Origin: Candidatus Taylorbacteria bacterium RIFCSPHIGHO2_12_FULL_45_16
Lineage (GTDB): Bacteria; Patescibacteriota; Minisyncoccia; Phycocordibacterales; PALSA-1337
Assembly: GCA_001821055.1 (NCBI GenBank)
Contig: MHRT01000004.1
Coordinates: 5,548-69,547 of the forward strand
DNA: 64,000 bases
Direction of reading: 5' to 3'
Shown here: one piece after another, positions 37,375 through 47,574 of the stretch
Numbering within the stretch: the first letter of the stretch is position 1
Layout of the letters: each line of letters begins with the position of its first letter
Program-made: the position numbers and the translations under genes
Notes under the pieces: generated by a model
What the model saw: only the letters and a program-made list of their open reading frames with translations
The model's database searches: none
Told to the model about the DNA's origin: nothing

Positions 37375-38928
37375 ATGAAGTTGTCTATCATTATCCCTTG
37401 TTATAACGAATCACAGACTCTGCCAGAGCTCATAAAGAGAGTTCTGGGTGTTAATATCGCACCTTGGGACAAAGAGGTGGTAGTGGTTGATGATGCTTCT
37501 ATAGATGAGACTCAGGCCATTTTAAGGCAGTTTGGAGGCAAGATTAAAGTCTTTAGGTTGGATAAAAATGGCGGAAAGGGTACCGCCGTTCATCTTGGTT
37601 TGAAAGAAGCTACCGGGGATTATCTGATTATTCAAGATGCCGATCTGGAATATGATCCCCAGGAAATTCCTTTATTTTTAAGAGAAATAGAGAAAGGATC
37701 TCAAGTGGTTTATGGTTCCAGAAATCTTCACCACGTCAGACGAAAAGGTTTTATCCACCAGAGACTTGGTGTGTGGTTCATCACCAAGATGATGAATAGT
37801 TTTTATAATCTAAATCTGACTGATGTTTGGACTTGTTACAAACTTTTTCCGGAGTCAGCGAAGAAACATTTTGTCTCCGGACGCTTTGAGGCCGAGCTAC
37901 TTTTTACGACGGCCATCACGCGTGACAATTTTACCATTACGGAAATTCCCATTACCCATATTCCCAGAGATGCCAAGCATGGTAAAAAAATACGGATGAC
38001 AGATGGTTTTAAAGCCATTAAGCTTATTTTGGCAGATAAGCTTCTTCACCTAAAGAAACCGGAAACTAGGATAACTAAAGATCACTCAGACATTATTTGC
38101 TGTCAATTTTGTAAGGCTGATTTTGCCAAGTTGGAAGATAAATATCAATGTCAGGAACACGGAACTTTTGATATTGATGATTGTGGTCGTCCGATCTTGA
38201 TTGAGAAAAATATCTACGCGGAAAACAGTGAAGAACACAAATCGGGGATAAATTGGCTCAAATCTTTTTTTAAACAGTTTCCCAAACTATACTATTCTAT
38301 TTGGCATGTCTTTTGTCCGGTTATGATGCTTGTAAACGGTCCGCGTATGGTTATTCCTCTGGTGAAAAAAGAGGCGACAATTATAGACGTTGGCTCTGGC
38401 CCGGAACGTCTCGGTAAAGAATTCATCAATGTGGATATTTTCCCTTTTCCTGAAGTTGATATTGTCTCTGACGCCACACGTCTGCCATTCAAAGATAATT
38501 CTATAGATGCGGCTGTTTCGGAATCATTGTTTGAACATGTTCCAGACGCTTCTCTGGTTGCTAACGAAATGGTACGTATTGTAAAGCCGGAAGGATATAT
38601 CTATGTCAGTGCCCCTTTTATTCATCCATATCATGCGTCTCCGGATGATTTTAACCGCTGGACTATCAGTGGTTTGAGGCATCTGTTTTCAGAGCTTGAA
38701 ATAATCAAAGCTGGCGTCCGTTCAGGTCCTTGGTCGGCACTCCTCATGTTCATGGCTTACTGGCTGGGAGTGATTTTCTCCTTTGGATCTGTGAAAGTTG
38801 CTCCGTTTCTGGCGCATGTTTTTATGCTGGTACTAGGTCCGCTCAAGTATCTTGATTATTTCTTTATGAAAATACCTGGTTCAGAAGCAGTCGCGACGCA
38901 TCTTTATATATTGGGAAGGAAGAAGTAA
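37375..38928 (+). CDS. GT2 (DPM1-like) fused to a Zn-ribbon and SAM methyltransferase
   Basis: SIIIPCYNE, VVDDAS, GKG, QDADLEYDP; CCQFC...CQEH; IDVGSG, FEHV, HASPDDFNRWT. Confidence 0.85.
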   Translation: MKLSIIIPCYNESQTLPELIKRVLGVNIAPWDKEVVVVDDASIDETQAILRQFGGKIKVFRLDKNGGKGTAVHLGLKEATGDYLIIQDADLEYDPQEIPLFLREIEKGSQVVYGSRNLHHVRRKGFIHQRLGVWFITKMMNSFYNLNLTDVWTCYKLFPESAKKHFVSGRFEAELLFTTAITRDNFTITEIPITHIPRDAKHGKKIRMTDGFKAIKLILADKLLHLKKPETRITKDHSDIICCQFCKADFAKLEDKYQCQEHGTFDIDDCGRPILIEKNIYAENSEEHKSGINWLKSFFKQFPKLYYSIWHVFCPVMMLVNGPRMVIPLVKKEATIIDVGSGPERLGKEFINVDIFPFPEVDIVSDATRLPFKDNSIDAAVSESLFEHVPDASLVANEMVRIVKPEGYIYVSAPFIHPYHASPDDFNRWTISGLRHLFSELEIIKAGVRSGPWSALLMFMAYWLGVIFSFGSVKVAPFLAHVFMLVLGPLKYLDYFFMKIPGSEAVATHLYILGRKK

Positions 38929-38955
38929 ATATGTGATAATCATTGTGATATATTT

Positions 38956-39735
38956 ATGAAATACACACTTACTCCTGAAGGCAGAGAATATTCTCCAGCA
39001 TTCAAGAAAAATATTCGCAGATACATAAAATACTACAACCTTTTTATCAAGAAGATTTTCTTTTGGAAGTTTCCAAATAATCAGATTTTACCAAAATCTT
39101 CGTTGCCGGAATTAGACGAAATAAGGTCGCACGCTCTCGAGGATACCGATATTAGTGATCATCTGGAAACCCTTTTCATCGAGTCTATGATAGTCAAGCC
39201 GAAACTTATTGTGGAGCTTGGGGTGCGAACCGGACAGAGCACTTTTGTCTTCGAGCGCGTCGCTAAACTTTGCAATGCTTTTCTCTTGAGTGTGGATATT
39301 GCCCCTCAACAGAGAAAAACTAAATGGCCTAAATCGGCGTTTATTCAAAAGGATGATATTCTCGTAGCCGATGATTTCAAGAATGTATGCGCGAAAAATA
39401 ATCTTGATCCATATGTAGACGTCTTGTTCATAGACACAAGTCATGAGTATCATCACACAAAAAAAGAAATTGCCAAATGGTTTCCATTTTTGTCTGAAAG
39501 ATCCGTAGTATTTTTCCATGATGCTAACGTCAGACTTTTGTACAAACGTCGCAACGGTACAATCGGCAAGGCTTACAACGATGATAGAGATGTGATGAGG
39601 GCGATTGAGGAATACTTGGAAACCTCTTTAAATGAAAAACAGAACTTCAAAAAAGTCTGCGGATCATGGCTCATAGAACATCACGCTATATGCAATGGCA
39701 TGACTGTCCTCAAGCCGGTCCAGTTTGGAATCTAG
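38956..39735 (+). CDS. Class I SAM methyltransferase (Methyltransf_24-like)
   Basis: IVELGVRTGQST, LFIDTSHEY, FFHD. Confidence 0.85.
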   Translation: MKYTLTPEGREYSPAFKKNIRRYIKYYNLFIKKIFFWKFPNNQILPKSSLPELDEIRSHALEDTDISDHLETLFIESMIVKPKLIVELGVRTGQSTFVFERVAKLCNAFLLSVDIAPQQRKTKWPKSAFIQKDDILVADDFKNVCAKNNLDPYVDVLFIDTSHEYHHTKKEIAKWFPFLSERSVVFFHDANVRLLYKRRNGTIGKAYNDDRDVMRAIEEYLETSLNEKQNFKKVCGSWLIEHHAICNGMTVLKPVQFGI

Positions 39736-40652
39736 TAATGCACCATATTTGAGTATTGATTCTCAAAATACTCTTTTTTACCTGCATAGTAGCTCCAATC
39801 AATCGGATTTTTGGTCATGACAATGTGCGGGACATTTCCATACCAGGCCGCGAATGCTCCAAAACTTGAATCTGACCCTATGACAGTATCTGTACTTGAA
39901 AGAAGAAAAAGATCTGTGATCGCGTTTTCTTTGGAAATATAAGTGTTTATATCACGAAAGATCTTCTCATCTATACGTCCGTCAGAAGTAATCAGAAAGA
40001 GTATCTTATCCTTGTCAATAGAATCATTGACCATAAACTCACCTATGATTTCTTTGACTCTGTTTTGACTTATAAAATAGGCGCCACCTTTGAATGTGCT
40101 GTAGTCACTTTGACGTACATGAACTCCTACAATTTTCTCATACTTTTGTCGGAGAGGCCGGACAATACCATTTACTTTCCTTTCCATTGCTTCATTGGGA
40201 GTGAAAGCAGAGATGATTTCTGCCCTAAATTTTTTCAGACCGACAGGATTTCTAAAAAGCCAACCAATGAAATAGATCTTTTCTTTGTTTTCTAAAAACA
40301 AGAGAGGTGAAGTTGGCGGTAGATAGACGACTTGGCTCTCTTTATTTTCTGAAGAAATGATGTTTTTACCGACAAAAAGTTTGATGATACCTGTGTAGAT
40401 AATGTAGGTATTTCTCCAGAATCGATTTCGTAAACTACTCCGCCGGCTGACGGCGCTTTTGAACCAACAGGAGAAAAATTTTGTAGTAATACCTTCCTTG
40501 TTTATAAATTTAAAATAATAGTGATATTCAAAAAAAGAAGCGTTTGTAATTTTGGCACCACACTCCAGACTATAGGCGTATATACTCACGTAATTCCATA
40601 GTTGATTTGCAAGTTCTCCTCCGCCGTGTTTTAAAATGACTATTTTTTTCAT
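39732..40652 (-). CDS. GT11-like (alpha-1,2-fucosyltransferase-like) glycosyltransferase
   Basis: GELANQ, VGVHVRQSDY, DLFLLS, SSFGAFAAW. Confidence 0.82.
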   Translation of the reverse strand: MKKIVILKHGGGELANQLWNYVSIYAYSLECGAKITNASFFEYHYYFKFINKEGITTKFFSCWFKSAVSRRSSLRNRFWRNTYIIYTGIIKLFVGKNIISSENKESQVVYLPPTSPLLFLENKEKIYFIGWLFRNPVGLKKFRAEIISAFTPNEAMERKVNGIVRPLRQKYEKIVGVHVRQSDYSTFKGGAYFISQNRVKEIIGEFMVNDSIDKDKILFLITSDGRIDEKIFRDINTYISKENAITDLFLLSSTDTVIGSDSSFGAFAAWYGNVPHIVMTKNPIDWSYYAGKKEYFENQYSNMVHY

Positions 40653-40700
40653 TTGAAAATTTTATTTTTTATTCTTGCAAGTGAGATGTCTTTAGATTTT

Positions 40701-41570
40701 TCACATATTGTCATGTCTCATCATGTATTTGTCAAAAGAGTATCCGAGACTATTTTCTTGATCTACTCTCCATAGATAGAGTGGAAGCTTGAAGGAAACA
40801 CTGCTATCGAATGTTTCTGCTATCTGAAAATTGAAGTCACGATCAACTCCACGACCAGTAAAAGAAGGCCAGACACGTTCATCAACGGGACGAAATTTGA
40901 CCTTCTCAATGATTTCTCTTTTTAAAAGGGGACTATTACCAGAACCCGGATATGAGTCAAGTGAGCCAAAAAAAAGTTTATTAATAGCCCAACCTCTTTT
41001 TATCTCAAAAGGAACATATTTCCTCAAAAGTCCCAATAGGCTCATTAAGATTCCTTTTGATTTCTGTCCGAGCTGTCGTATTTCTTTATTTTCGATGATA
41101 AGCCCAGGATTTTCCTGAAGGGCTTTTTCAAAATCAAAGGTGGCTCCTATCTTCTCCGGAGAAAGTTTTTGCCATTGGAGACAGACATGCTTACTTTCGA
41201 AGCGGATTGCAAGGATGTATTCCGCTTCGATTCTATTTTGAAGGGAAGCGTCATCAGCATCTTGAAATGTTATCCATTCTCCTGTGACTTTTTCGAGACC
41301 ATAGTTACGGGCCATATATCCAGCGTTTACATTTCGCCCACGTTTATTTACGCGATTTGGATCATCATATGGCAATGGGTAAAATTTCACTTTTTTATGA
41401 AGTTTTTCATATTGTTTTGCAATATTTGGAGTGTTGTCAGTGCTGTTGTCATCTATTATGATGATTTCAGTATTTGAATAGGTTTGAGAAAGCATCGAGT
41501 CGATGGCCACACCAATCGTTGTTTCATTATTATGGGCAGGAATGATAATGGAAATAAGTGGAGTATTCAT
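40701..41570 (-). CDS. GT2 glycosyltransferase
   Basis: ISIIIPAHN, IIDDNSTD, ARNYG, FQDADD. Confidence 0.9.
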   Translation of the reverse strand: MNTPLISIIIPAHNNETTIGVAIDSMLSQTYSNTEIIIIDDNSTDNTPNIAKQYEKLHKKVKFYPLPYDDPNRVNKRGRNVNAGYMARNYGLEKVTGEWITFQDADDASLQNRIEAEYILAIRFESKHVCLQWQKLSPEKIGATFDFEKALQENPGLIIENKEIRQLGQKSKGILMSLLGLLRKYVPFEIKRGWAINKLFFGSLDSYPGSGNSPLLKREIIEKVKFRPVDERVWPSFTGRGVDRDFNFQIAETFDSSVSFKLPLYLWRVDQENSLGYSFDKYMMRHDNM

Positions 41571-42745
41571 AGGTGTTTTTTTTTGATTATGTCATCGACA
41601 AATGCTGTGTATTTTTCTTTGAAAACTTCTCGAGTGTGGTTTTCTTGAGCATAATCCCAGGCAGAGACTGATCGAGCTCGGAGTTCGTCTATTGATAAAC
41701 CGCTTATTTGTTTTATTTGGGCAGTTATTTCTGAAACTGAAAAGCTCTTAAGGATAATGCCAAATGGATAGACATCCACTCCTGATTGGTAGGTGACTAT
41801 TGGGATAAGTCCAGCATGAAGGGCTGTTATAACGCTTCCAGACTGACCCTCGGAACAGGATGGGTATACTAAACCTATTGTGTTGTTCATAATATCTTTA
41901 AATTGTTCACCGCGTATATTGATACGTCCTACGAATTTTATATTAGGAGTTTCGCATAGTTCTTTTTTGTAAAAATCATAAAAATCCTCCTCTCTTTCCA
42001 CTGGTCCGCATACAGTAAGGTTGTAATCGGGAAGATTCAGGAACGTCTCGAGGACGAGGTCTAGACCTTTGTGAACGGCGCCACCGCCGCCGATCCAGAC
42101 AAAGTTCTTCTTTATCAGTTCAAAATTTTTGTTTTGGGGAGAAGGTAAGGATATGGTGGACAAAAGAGGAATCTGGGTTATTTCTTTATGAGCGTAAGCA
42201 TAGGTATTTTTCGCGAAGGAGTTTCCCAGAGACGTCACGTAGTCCGCGTATTCGATGTTTTTGGAAGGGGTTATTTGTCGTCGTGGAAGTAAGGTAACAC
42301 CTCTGCGATTTCTAAACTCGGCTATCCTTTGGAGCTCGGCTTTGTTGTGATATTTCCAATGCGATCCAGTAATATAATATATTTTTATACAGTTTGATGG
42401 AAGATAGTGGGTGAAACGCTCAAGATTTTGATGCACATCTATTACCATCGTATATTTTTTCTTTGGAATAAATGATTGGTTTGTTAAATCTATCACATCA
42501 ACATTATACCCATGTTCAAGCAAAATTTTAGCTAATTCAATGCATTCCCATGGAGTAGTATGAGGACTTTTCAGTAATTCGTTTTTTGTAATGGCAAAAG
42601 GATGTGTGACGAATGAAAGTAGGATCCATTTTTTGTTATCAACTCCGCAATTTTTCGACTTGAGCGAAATCATGCCAAAGAGTCTTCTCGATAATTTACG
42701 CGCATACACGCTGAAGATATTAAAAAATGAATCTGGGAAATACAT
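41567..42745 (-). CDS. GT4-like glycosyltransferase
   Basis: HKGLDL; YPSCSEGQSGSVI. Confidence 0.85.
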   Translation of the reverse strand: MYFPDSFFNIFSVYARKLSRRLFGMISLKSKNCGVDNKKWILLSFVTHPFAITKNELLKSPHTTPWECIELAKILLEHGYNVDVIDLTNQSFIPKKKYTMVIDVHQNLERFTHYLPSNCIKIYYITGSHWKYHNKAELQRIAEFRNRRGVTLLPRRQITPSKNIEYADYVTSLGNSFAKNTYAYAHKEITQIPLLSTISLPSPQNKNFELIKKNFVWIGGGGAVHKGLDLVLETFLNLPDYNLTVCGPVEREEDFYDFYKKELCETPNIKFVGRINIRGEQFKDIMNNTIGLVYPSCSEGQSGSVITALHAGLIPIVTYQSGVDVYPFGIILKSFSVSEITAQIKQISGLSIDELRARSVSAWDYAQENHTREVFKEKYTAFVDDIIKKKHL

Positions 42746-42754
42746 GATTGTACT

Positions 42755-43660
42755 TTATCTTTTCCAGATAAATTCTGGTCTTTTTTCTTTATTTTTTATT
42801 TCGAGCCATTTTTCGCCAATTTGTGCGATTTTTGGCCATTGTTCAGTGAAAATCTCCGCGGATTGTGTTTTTTTTGGCGAAAAAATTTGTCGTACTCGCG
42901 AACTTAAAACCTTTAATGCACGAATGATGAGTAAATCAGGATTTTTATCTAGATAAAATTTATTCAATCTATTTATTTCCCCCCACACTTTTTTTCTATG
43001 TACCCAAGTTACGCTCTGTACATTTTTTATATTTATGAACGAATAACCTGTGTACCAAGCAAGGTTAGCCTTTCCTGCACTTGCCCGGAAAGTAAATTCG
43101 GTATCAGCCGAATAGAACGAAAGATTAAAAAGGCCCAAGATTGGAAGCGCGGAACGACGCCACATCATACCTAAGCCACAAAAACTGAAAGGTGTATGAT
43201 CATTCTGCCACTTTTGATAGTATTTTACATAATTTAGAGCTCTGACAAGCTGGAGCGGATCATTTCCTTCTAATTGCTCGAATGATCTATTGAAAGACCC
43301 GCCCTCTGTCCCTAGAAAATCGATTTCCGGGTATTCAAGCATAAAAGTCTTGCAAGCACAAATCGCATCAAAATCATATACATCATCATCAGTAATTGCT
43401 GTTATGAGAACACCACGACACTCAAAAAGCAATTTATTTAAGGCGTGCGATTCTCCATAATCGGGTTCAGTAATAAAGTAGTCAATTTGCCCACTATTCT
43501 TAAGCTTCTGTAGGTATTCTATTGTACCATCTGTACTACCACCGTCAGCAATGAGAATCTCTTCATTATTTTGTCTTTTTGTAAGCAATACGCCCAGTCT
43601 GTTTTTCAAGTAAGGAAGTTTGTTTTTTGTCACAAATATGTAGGAAAGTTGGGGATTCAT
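42755..43660 (-). CDS. GT2 glycosyltransferase (paralog of 46640-47536)
   Basis: IADGGSTDGT, GESHALNK, TDDD. Confidence 0.88.
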   Translation of the reverse strand: MNPQLSYIFVTKNKLPYLKNRLGVLLTKRQNNEEILIADGGSTDGTIEYLQKLKNSGQIDYFITEPDYGESHALNKLLFECRGVLITAITDDDVYDFDAICACKTFMLEYPEIDFLGTEGGSFNRSFEQLEGNDPLQLVRALNYVKYYQKWQNDHTPFSFCGLGMMWRRSALPILGLFNLSFYSADTEFTFRASAGKANLAWYTGYSFINIKNVQSVTWVHRKKVWGEINRLNKFYLDKNPDLLIIRALKVLSSRVRQIFSPKKTQSAEIFTEQWPKIAQIGEKWLEIKNKEKRPEFIWKR

Positions 43661-43889
43661 GATGCGTCATTGTACCACAAAAATTGAAATAATAAAGGTT
43701 TTGAAAAACTTGGTTTGGACCAACTTCTCAAAAATGGCCTGAAAACCATGTCATCTCTCCAGGTTTTATAGGGAATGAGCACACATCCACACAGTCCTCG
43801 TCGCAATCACTTTGCACGAGGCTGTCTTTTTGAATATGATAAGTATATACTGTGCTGTATGTTAATAGAAAATAATACACAAAAGAGCA

Positions 43890-44660
43890 ATGAAGAAGGA
43901 CATATTTGAACAATATCCAAGACTTACAAGCCTGCTTTCTTTAGTGTCGGAAACTTTAATTAATGAGGAAATAGGGTCAAGAGTTGAAGAATTTGAATCT
44001 TGGCTTAAAAAAGCTCAAACTCTTATTCCTACGGTAAGCCTAAATAAAATTTTTCCGAAAGAATTGGAGCGTGGCTCGATAGTTATGGAAAATTTTCTCG
44101 GGCATTGGGGAAACGTGTCAGTCGAGGAATTGGCAAAGATTTGCCTCATCGTAAAATGGTTGCAACCGAAGCGCATTTTAGAACTTGGTACCTACAATGG
44201 CATGACTACTCTCCAGATGGCCTTGAACGCTCCTTCCGAATGTGTGACATACACTCTTGATTTACTGCCCGCACAGGAGGCAAGCATCAAGTTGGACAAG
44301 ATTGATGAGTTGGTGGCCAAACAATTTAAAAATAAATTTGATACCAAGACCGGAAGTTATTTTGCCGGGCGCACCGATGTGAAGATTACCCAACTTTTTG
44401 GGGATACCGCCACATTTGATTATTCCGTTTTGGACGGATTAGTCGATCTGATTTTTATCGACGCTGCCCATGATTATGAAAACAAAAAGCGTGATACGGA
44501 AAATGCGTTCCGCTTGCTTGCTCCTGGTGGAGTGATTCTTTGGCATGACTATGGGCAGGTGGTAAACCCCGAGGTTACAAAATGTCTAGCTGAATATGCT
44601 TTAAATCGCCACATCTTTCATCTTCGCAATACCGATCTGGCTGTATATTACGACAACTAA
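43890..44660 (+). CDS. Class I SAM methyltransferase (Methyltransf_24-like)
   Basis: ILELGTYNG, LIFIDAAHDY, GGVILWHDY. Confidence 0.88.
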   Translation: MKKDIFEQYPRLTSLLSLVSETLINEEIGSRVEEFESWLKKAQTLIPTVSLNKIFPKELERGSIVMENFLGHWGNVSVEELAKICLIVKWLQPKRILELGTYNGMTTLQMALNAPSECVTYTLDLLPAQEASIKLDKIDELVAKQFKNKFDTKTGSYFAGRTDVKITQLFGDTATFDYSVLDGLVDLIFIDAAHDYENKKRDTENAFRLLAPGGVILWHDYGQVVNPEVTKCLAEYALNRHIFHLRNTDLAVYYDN

Positions 44661-44668
44661 TAATTCAG

Positions 44669-45613
44669 ATGAAAACTATTCGTATTTTGTTCATGGCTGC
44701 TTCAACAAGGATTTGTTTACTAGAGCGTTTTTATTCAGCCGCCAAGGATTTGGGTATACGGTTGGAAGTTTTTGATTTTGAAAATAACATTCCCTGGCAC
44801 ACGTCAGGTCTTTCCGGTCTGGCCAAACTGGTTCCGGCACCGGTTTTTAGTGATTTGGATTTTACTGAGTTTATCTCAAATTTTGTCAAAGAAAACCAAA
44901 TTGATATAGTCATTCCCATAATTGACAAAGCCATGATTGCTTTGGCCAGAGCAGCTCCAAAATTGAAAGCACAGGGAGCGATGCCAGTCGTCTCGGGCTT
45001 AGAAGAATGTGAAATTATGACCGATAAGGTGCGTTCGGATACTTTTTTTAGAAAAGCAGGGTTAAATGTCCCTTCAACCAACAAATTTCCTCTCTTGGCC
45101 AAACCCCGTCTTGGTGCTTCTTCAAAAGGTATAATTAATTTGAAAGATCAAAAAGAGTTTGATTTTTGGCGCAAAAGAAATAAAGCAGAAGACTTTATGA
45201 TTCAATCCTTTATAACCGGAAAAGAATATAGCGTTGATGCGTATATTGACTCCAAAAGTACGATTTTAGGTATTGTCTCTAGAACTCGAATAGCAGTTTC
45301 TGGTGGGGAGGTAATGGTTACCATAACTGAACACAATGATGATATAATATTTGAGGCGGAAAAGTTGTTGAAGATTGCCAAATGGTATGGACCTATGACG
45401 ATACAATACATACATGACGGTAAAAAAGCATGGCTGATTGAATGCAACCCTCGTTTTGGTGGTGGAGTGACTTGTTCAATTGAAGCCGGTCTTTCGATTC
45501 CGGAATGGATTCTTCGCGAACGCTTAGGTCTTACAATGCCAAAAGATATTATTAGTTGGCGTAATGGTCTCTGCATGACCAGAGCCCGTAAAGATTATTT
45601 TTTATGGTTATAA
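44669..45613 (+). CDS. ATP-grasp protein (carbamoyl-phosphate-synthase-like, glycan-locus type)
   Basis: AKPRLGASSKG, EYSVD, IECNPRFGGG. Confidence 0.85.
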   Translation: MKTIRILFMAASTRICLLERFYSAAKDLGIRLEVFDFENNIPWHTSGLSGLAKLVPAPVFSDLDFTEFISNFVKENQIDIVIPIIDKAMIALARAAPKLKAQGAMPVVSGLEECEIMTDKVRSDTFFRKAGLNVPSTNKFPLLAKPRLGASSKGIINLKDQKEFDFWRKRNKAEDFMIQSFITGKEYSVDAYIDSKSTILGIVSRTRIAVSGGEVMVTITEHNDDIIFEAEKLLKIAKWYGPMTIQYIHDGKKAWLIECNPRFGGGVTCSIEAGLSIPEWILRERLGLTMPKDIISWRNGLCMTRARKDYFLWL

Positions 45614-45924
45614 TGATTGATTTAGATGGAACTTTATGTGTAGAAGGGAACAAGTTGGATCGCCCGCTTGCCAAACCCTTTCCTGGAGCCGTGGAGGCTC
45701 TAAATAAAATACTGATTGACGGGCATATCGTGGTTATTTGGACAGGTCGGGGCTGGGATGAGTACAAAATGACGGAAAAATGGCTGAAAGACAATGGTTT
45801 CAAATACACTCAGTTACTTATGGGAAAACCAGTTGCAAACTTGATCATTGATGACCGATCCAGACATTTTGAAGGTTGGGATAAGGATTATCTGGCAACC
45901 ATACATGATCGTCATCGCCGCTGA
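45604..45924 (+). CDS. Small HAD-superfamily phosphatase (capsule-locus type)
   Basis: IDLDGTL, WTGR, MGKP, IIDDR. Confidence 0.85.
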   Translation: MVIMIDLDGTLCVEGNKLDRPLAKPFPGAVEALNKILIDGHIVVIWTGRGWDEYKMTEKWLKDNGFKYTQLLMGKPVANLIIDDRSRHFEGWDKDYLATIHDRHRR

Positions 45925-46004
45925 TTTTGGGATTTTAAAAATTGCCTCAGAAACCAACTGATGGTTTTCTGAGACAATTCACTGAAAGGCGGTTTTCACC
46001 GTTC

Positions 46005-46565
46005 TTAGTCTCTCTGACGAAGTTCATCCACAAAGCGGAGCATTCTTTCTTTTGGGCGTTTTTTGACCGCTTTTACCGGAATCCCCATGTAAATCGTCCA
46101 TTGGTCCGTGACGAAATTCTTGGGTACGAAAGAACAAGCACCGATGACCGTTCCTTCACTCAATGTGACGCCTTGGGAGATGACGACATTGGCGCCAACG
46201 TTGGCGCAGAGTTCGAAGATTACCGGCTTGATGATAACCCTGTCGCACATTTCCACTGGAACCCCAGGAGCATTGATGAGTCCCTCGCCCATATACTCGT
46301 CGGAGCCACAGATGACGCGACCGCCGAGGGCAATGTTAGTGTGGTCGCCCATCACAAGCTTCCCCTGGCTTGTGCCGATCACTATTACTCCCGGACCGAT
46401 ATGGATATAGTTTCCAAGCTCTGCCTGTGTGGTGATATGGAACTGTCCGTCAATACGAACATGATTTCCGATGGTTACCCCTTTGGGGTTGCGGATGAAT
46501 GCATCCGGACTGATAGTCACGTCTTCGCCCACTCGGAGAAGGTTACTTGTGTTGTAGTTATTCAT
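46005..46565 (-). CDS. Hexapeptide-repeat acyltransferase
   Basis: IGNHVRID, LGNYIHIG, VGANVVI, IGACSFV, GIP. Confidence 0.88.
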   Translation of the reverse strand: MNNYNTSNLLRVGEDVTISPDAFIRNPKGVTIGNHVRIDGQFHITTQAELGNYIHIGPGVIVIGTSQGKLVMGDHTNIALGGRVICGSDEYMGEGLINAPGVPVEMCDRVIIKPVIFELCANVGANVVISQGVTLSEGTVIGACSFVPKNFVTDQWTIYMGIPVKAVKKRPKERMLRFVDELRQRD

Positions 46566-46639
46566 AGGTCAAGTCCAACAAAACACTATCATATTATCAA
46601 TAAAAAGTCAAAATGATGAACATAGTACATATTTAGGAT

Positions 46640-47536
46640 TTAAAAAAGAAACTCGGGTTTCTCTTCCAGACTCCTTTCCTCAAGCCATTCTTCAGAAAGA
46701 GAGACCATTAGAGACCACTCGACGGGAAAATCAGAAGATTTCTGTCCTTTAATACGACTTATAAGTATAAGTACACTTTTCTTAAGTTCTTTTAGTTTTC
46801 TTATAATGTAAGACGGAGGATTTTCATCAAGATAAAATTTCCGAAGGCGGGCAATTTCATTTGCGACTCTATTTTTTCTCACCCATGTCACGCCATCCTG
46901 ATTTTTTATGTAGACATAGGCCGAACCAGTGTACCAGGCGATTTTTGCTTTGCCGGCCGTGACGCGAAATGTGTATTCAGTGTCAGCCATAGTGAAAGAA
47001 GAATTCCAAAAACCCAAGATGGGGAGGGAAGATCGTCGGAGCATGAGACCAAGCACAGATGAGTCAAAAGGAGTGTGATCTTTTTTCCATTTTTTCCAGC
47101 CATCTTTGTATCCAGCAACTTGGCAGATGTAGAGTTCAGTAGGGCTCTTATGTTTGACCGATCCTCCCTCCATGCCGAGGATGTCTATATCTGGATGTTC
47201 AAGCATGAATTTCTTGCAGGTCTCGATAGCAGGAAAATAATATGCATCGTCATCGTTTATTATTTTTATTAAAATTCCTTGAGCAACCAAAAAGAGCTTA
47301 TTCAAAGCATGGGACTCCCCGAAGTCTGGTTCCGAAATGAAATAATCTATTTTTCCTTTGGTTTTAAGTTCGCCAAGATACTCTTTTGTACCATCAGTTG
47401 AACCCCCGTCTGCGATAAGGATTTCTTCCCCTGGTTTTTTTTGAGCGATAACTTTTTCGAGTCCTAACTTCAAATACGGTAGTTTATTCTTTGTGGCTGT
47501 TATGTAAGAGAGTTGTATGGGATTTAAGGGTGTCAT
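46640..47536 (-). CDS. GT2 glycosyltransferase (paralog of 42755-43660)
   Basis: TKNKLPYLK, IADGGSTDGT, GESHALNK, NDDD. Confidence 0.88.
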   Translation of the reverse strand: MTPLNPIQLSYITATKNKLPYLKLGLEKVIAQKKPGEEILIADGGSTDGTKEYLGELKTKGKIDYFISEPDFGESHALNKLFLVAQGILIKIINDDDAYYFPAIETCKKFMLEHPDIDILGMEGGSVKHKSPTELYICQVAGYKDGWKKWKKDHTPFDSSVLGLMLRRSSLPILGFWNSSFTMADTEYTFRVTAGKAKIAWYTGSAYVYIKNQDGVTWVRKNRVANEIARLRKFYLDENPPSYIIRKLKELKKSVLILISRIKGQKSSDFPVEWSLMVSLSEEWLEERSLEEKPEFLF

Positions 47537-47538
47537 AA

Positions 47539-47567
47539 TTGACATATATTATCACATTGGCTAGAAT
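47539..47567 (+). promoter_or_regulatory. Sigma70 promoter, probably yielding a leaderless mRNA
   Basis: TTGACA, 17-nt spacer, TAGAAT, then 7 nt to ATG 47575. Confidence 0.7.
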
Positions 47568-47574
47568 TAAAACA

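Noticed and set aside
45942-46616. 224-aa plus-strand ORF, and the many other antisense ORFs in the track
   Set aside because: Shadow frames of well-supported genes on the opposite strand, with no motifs
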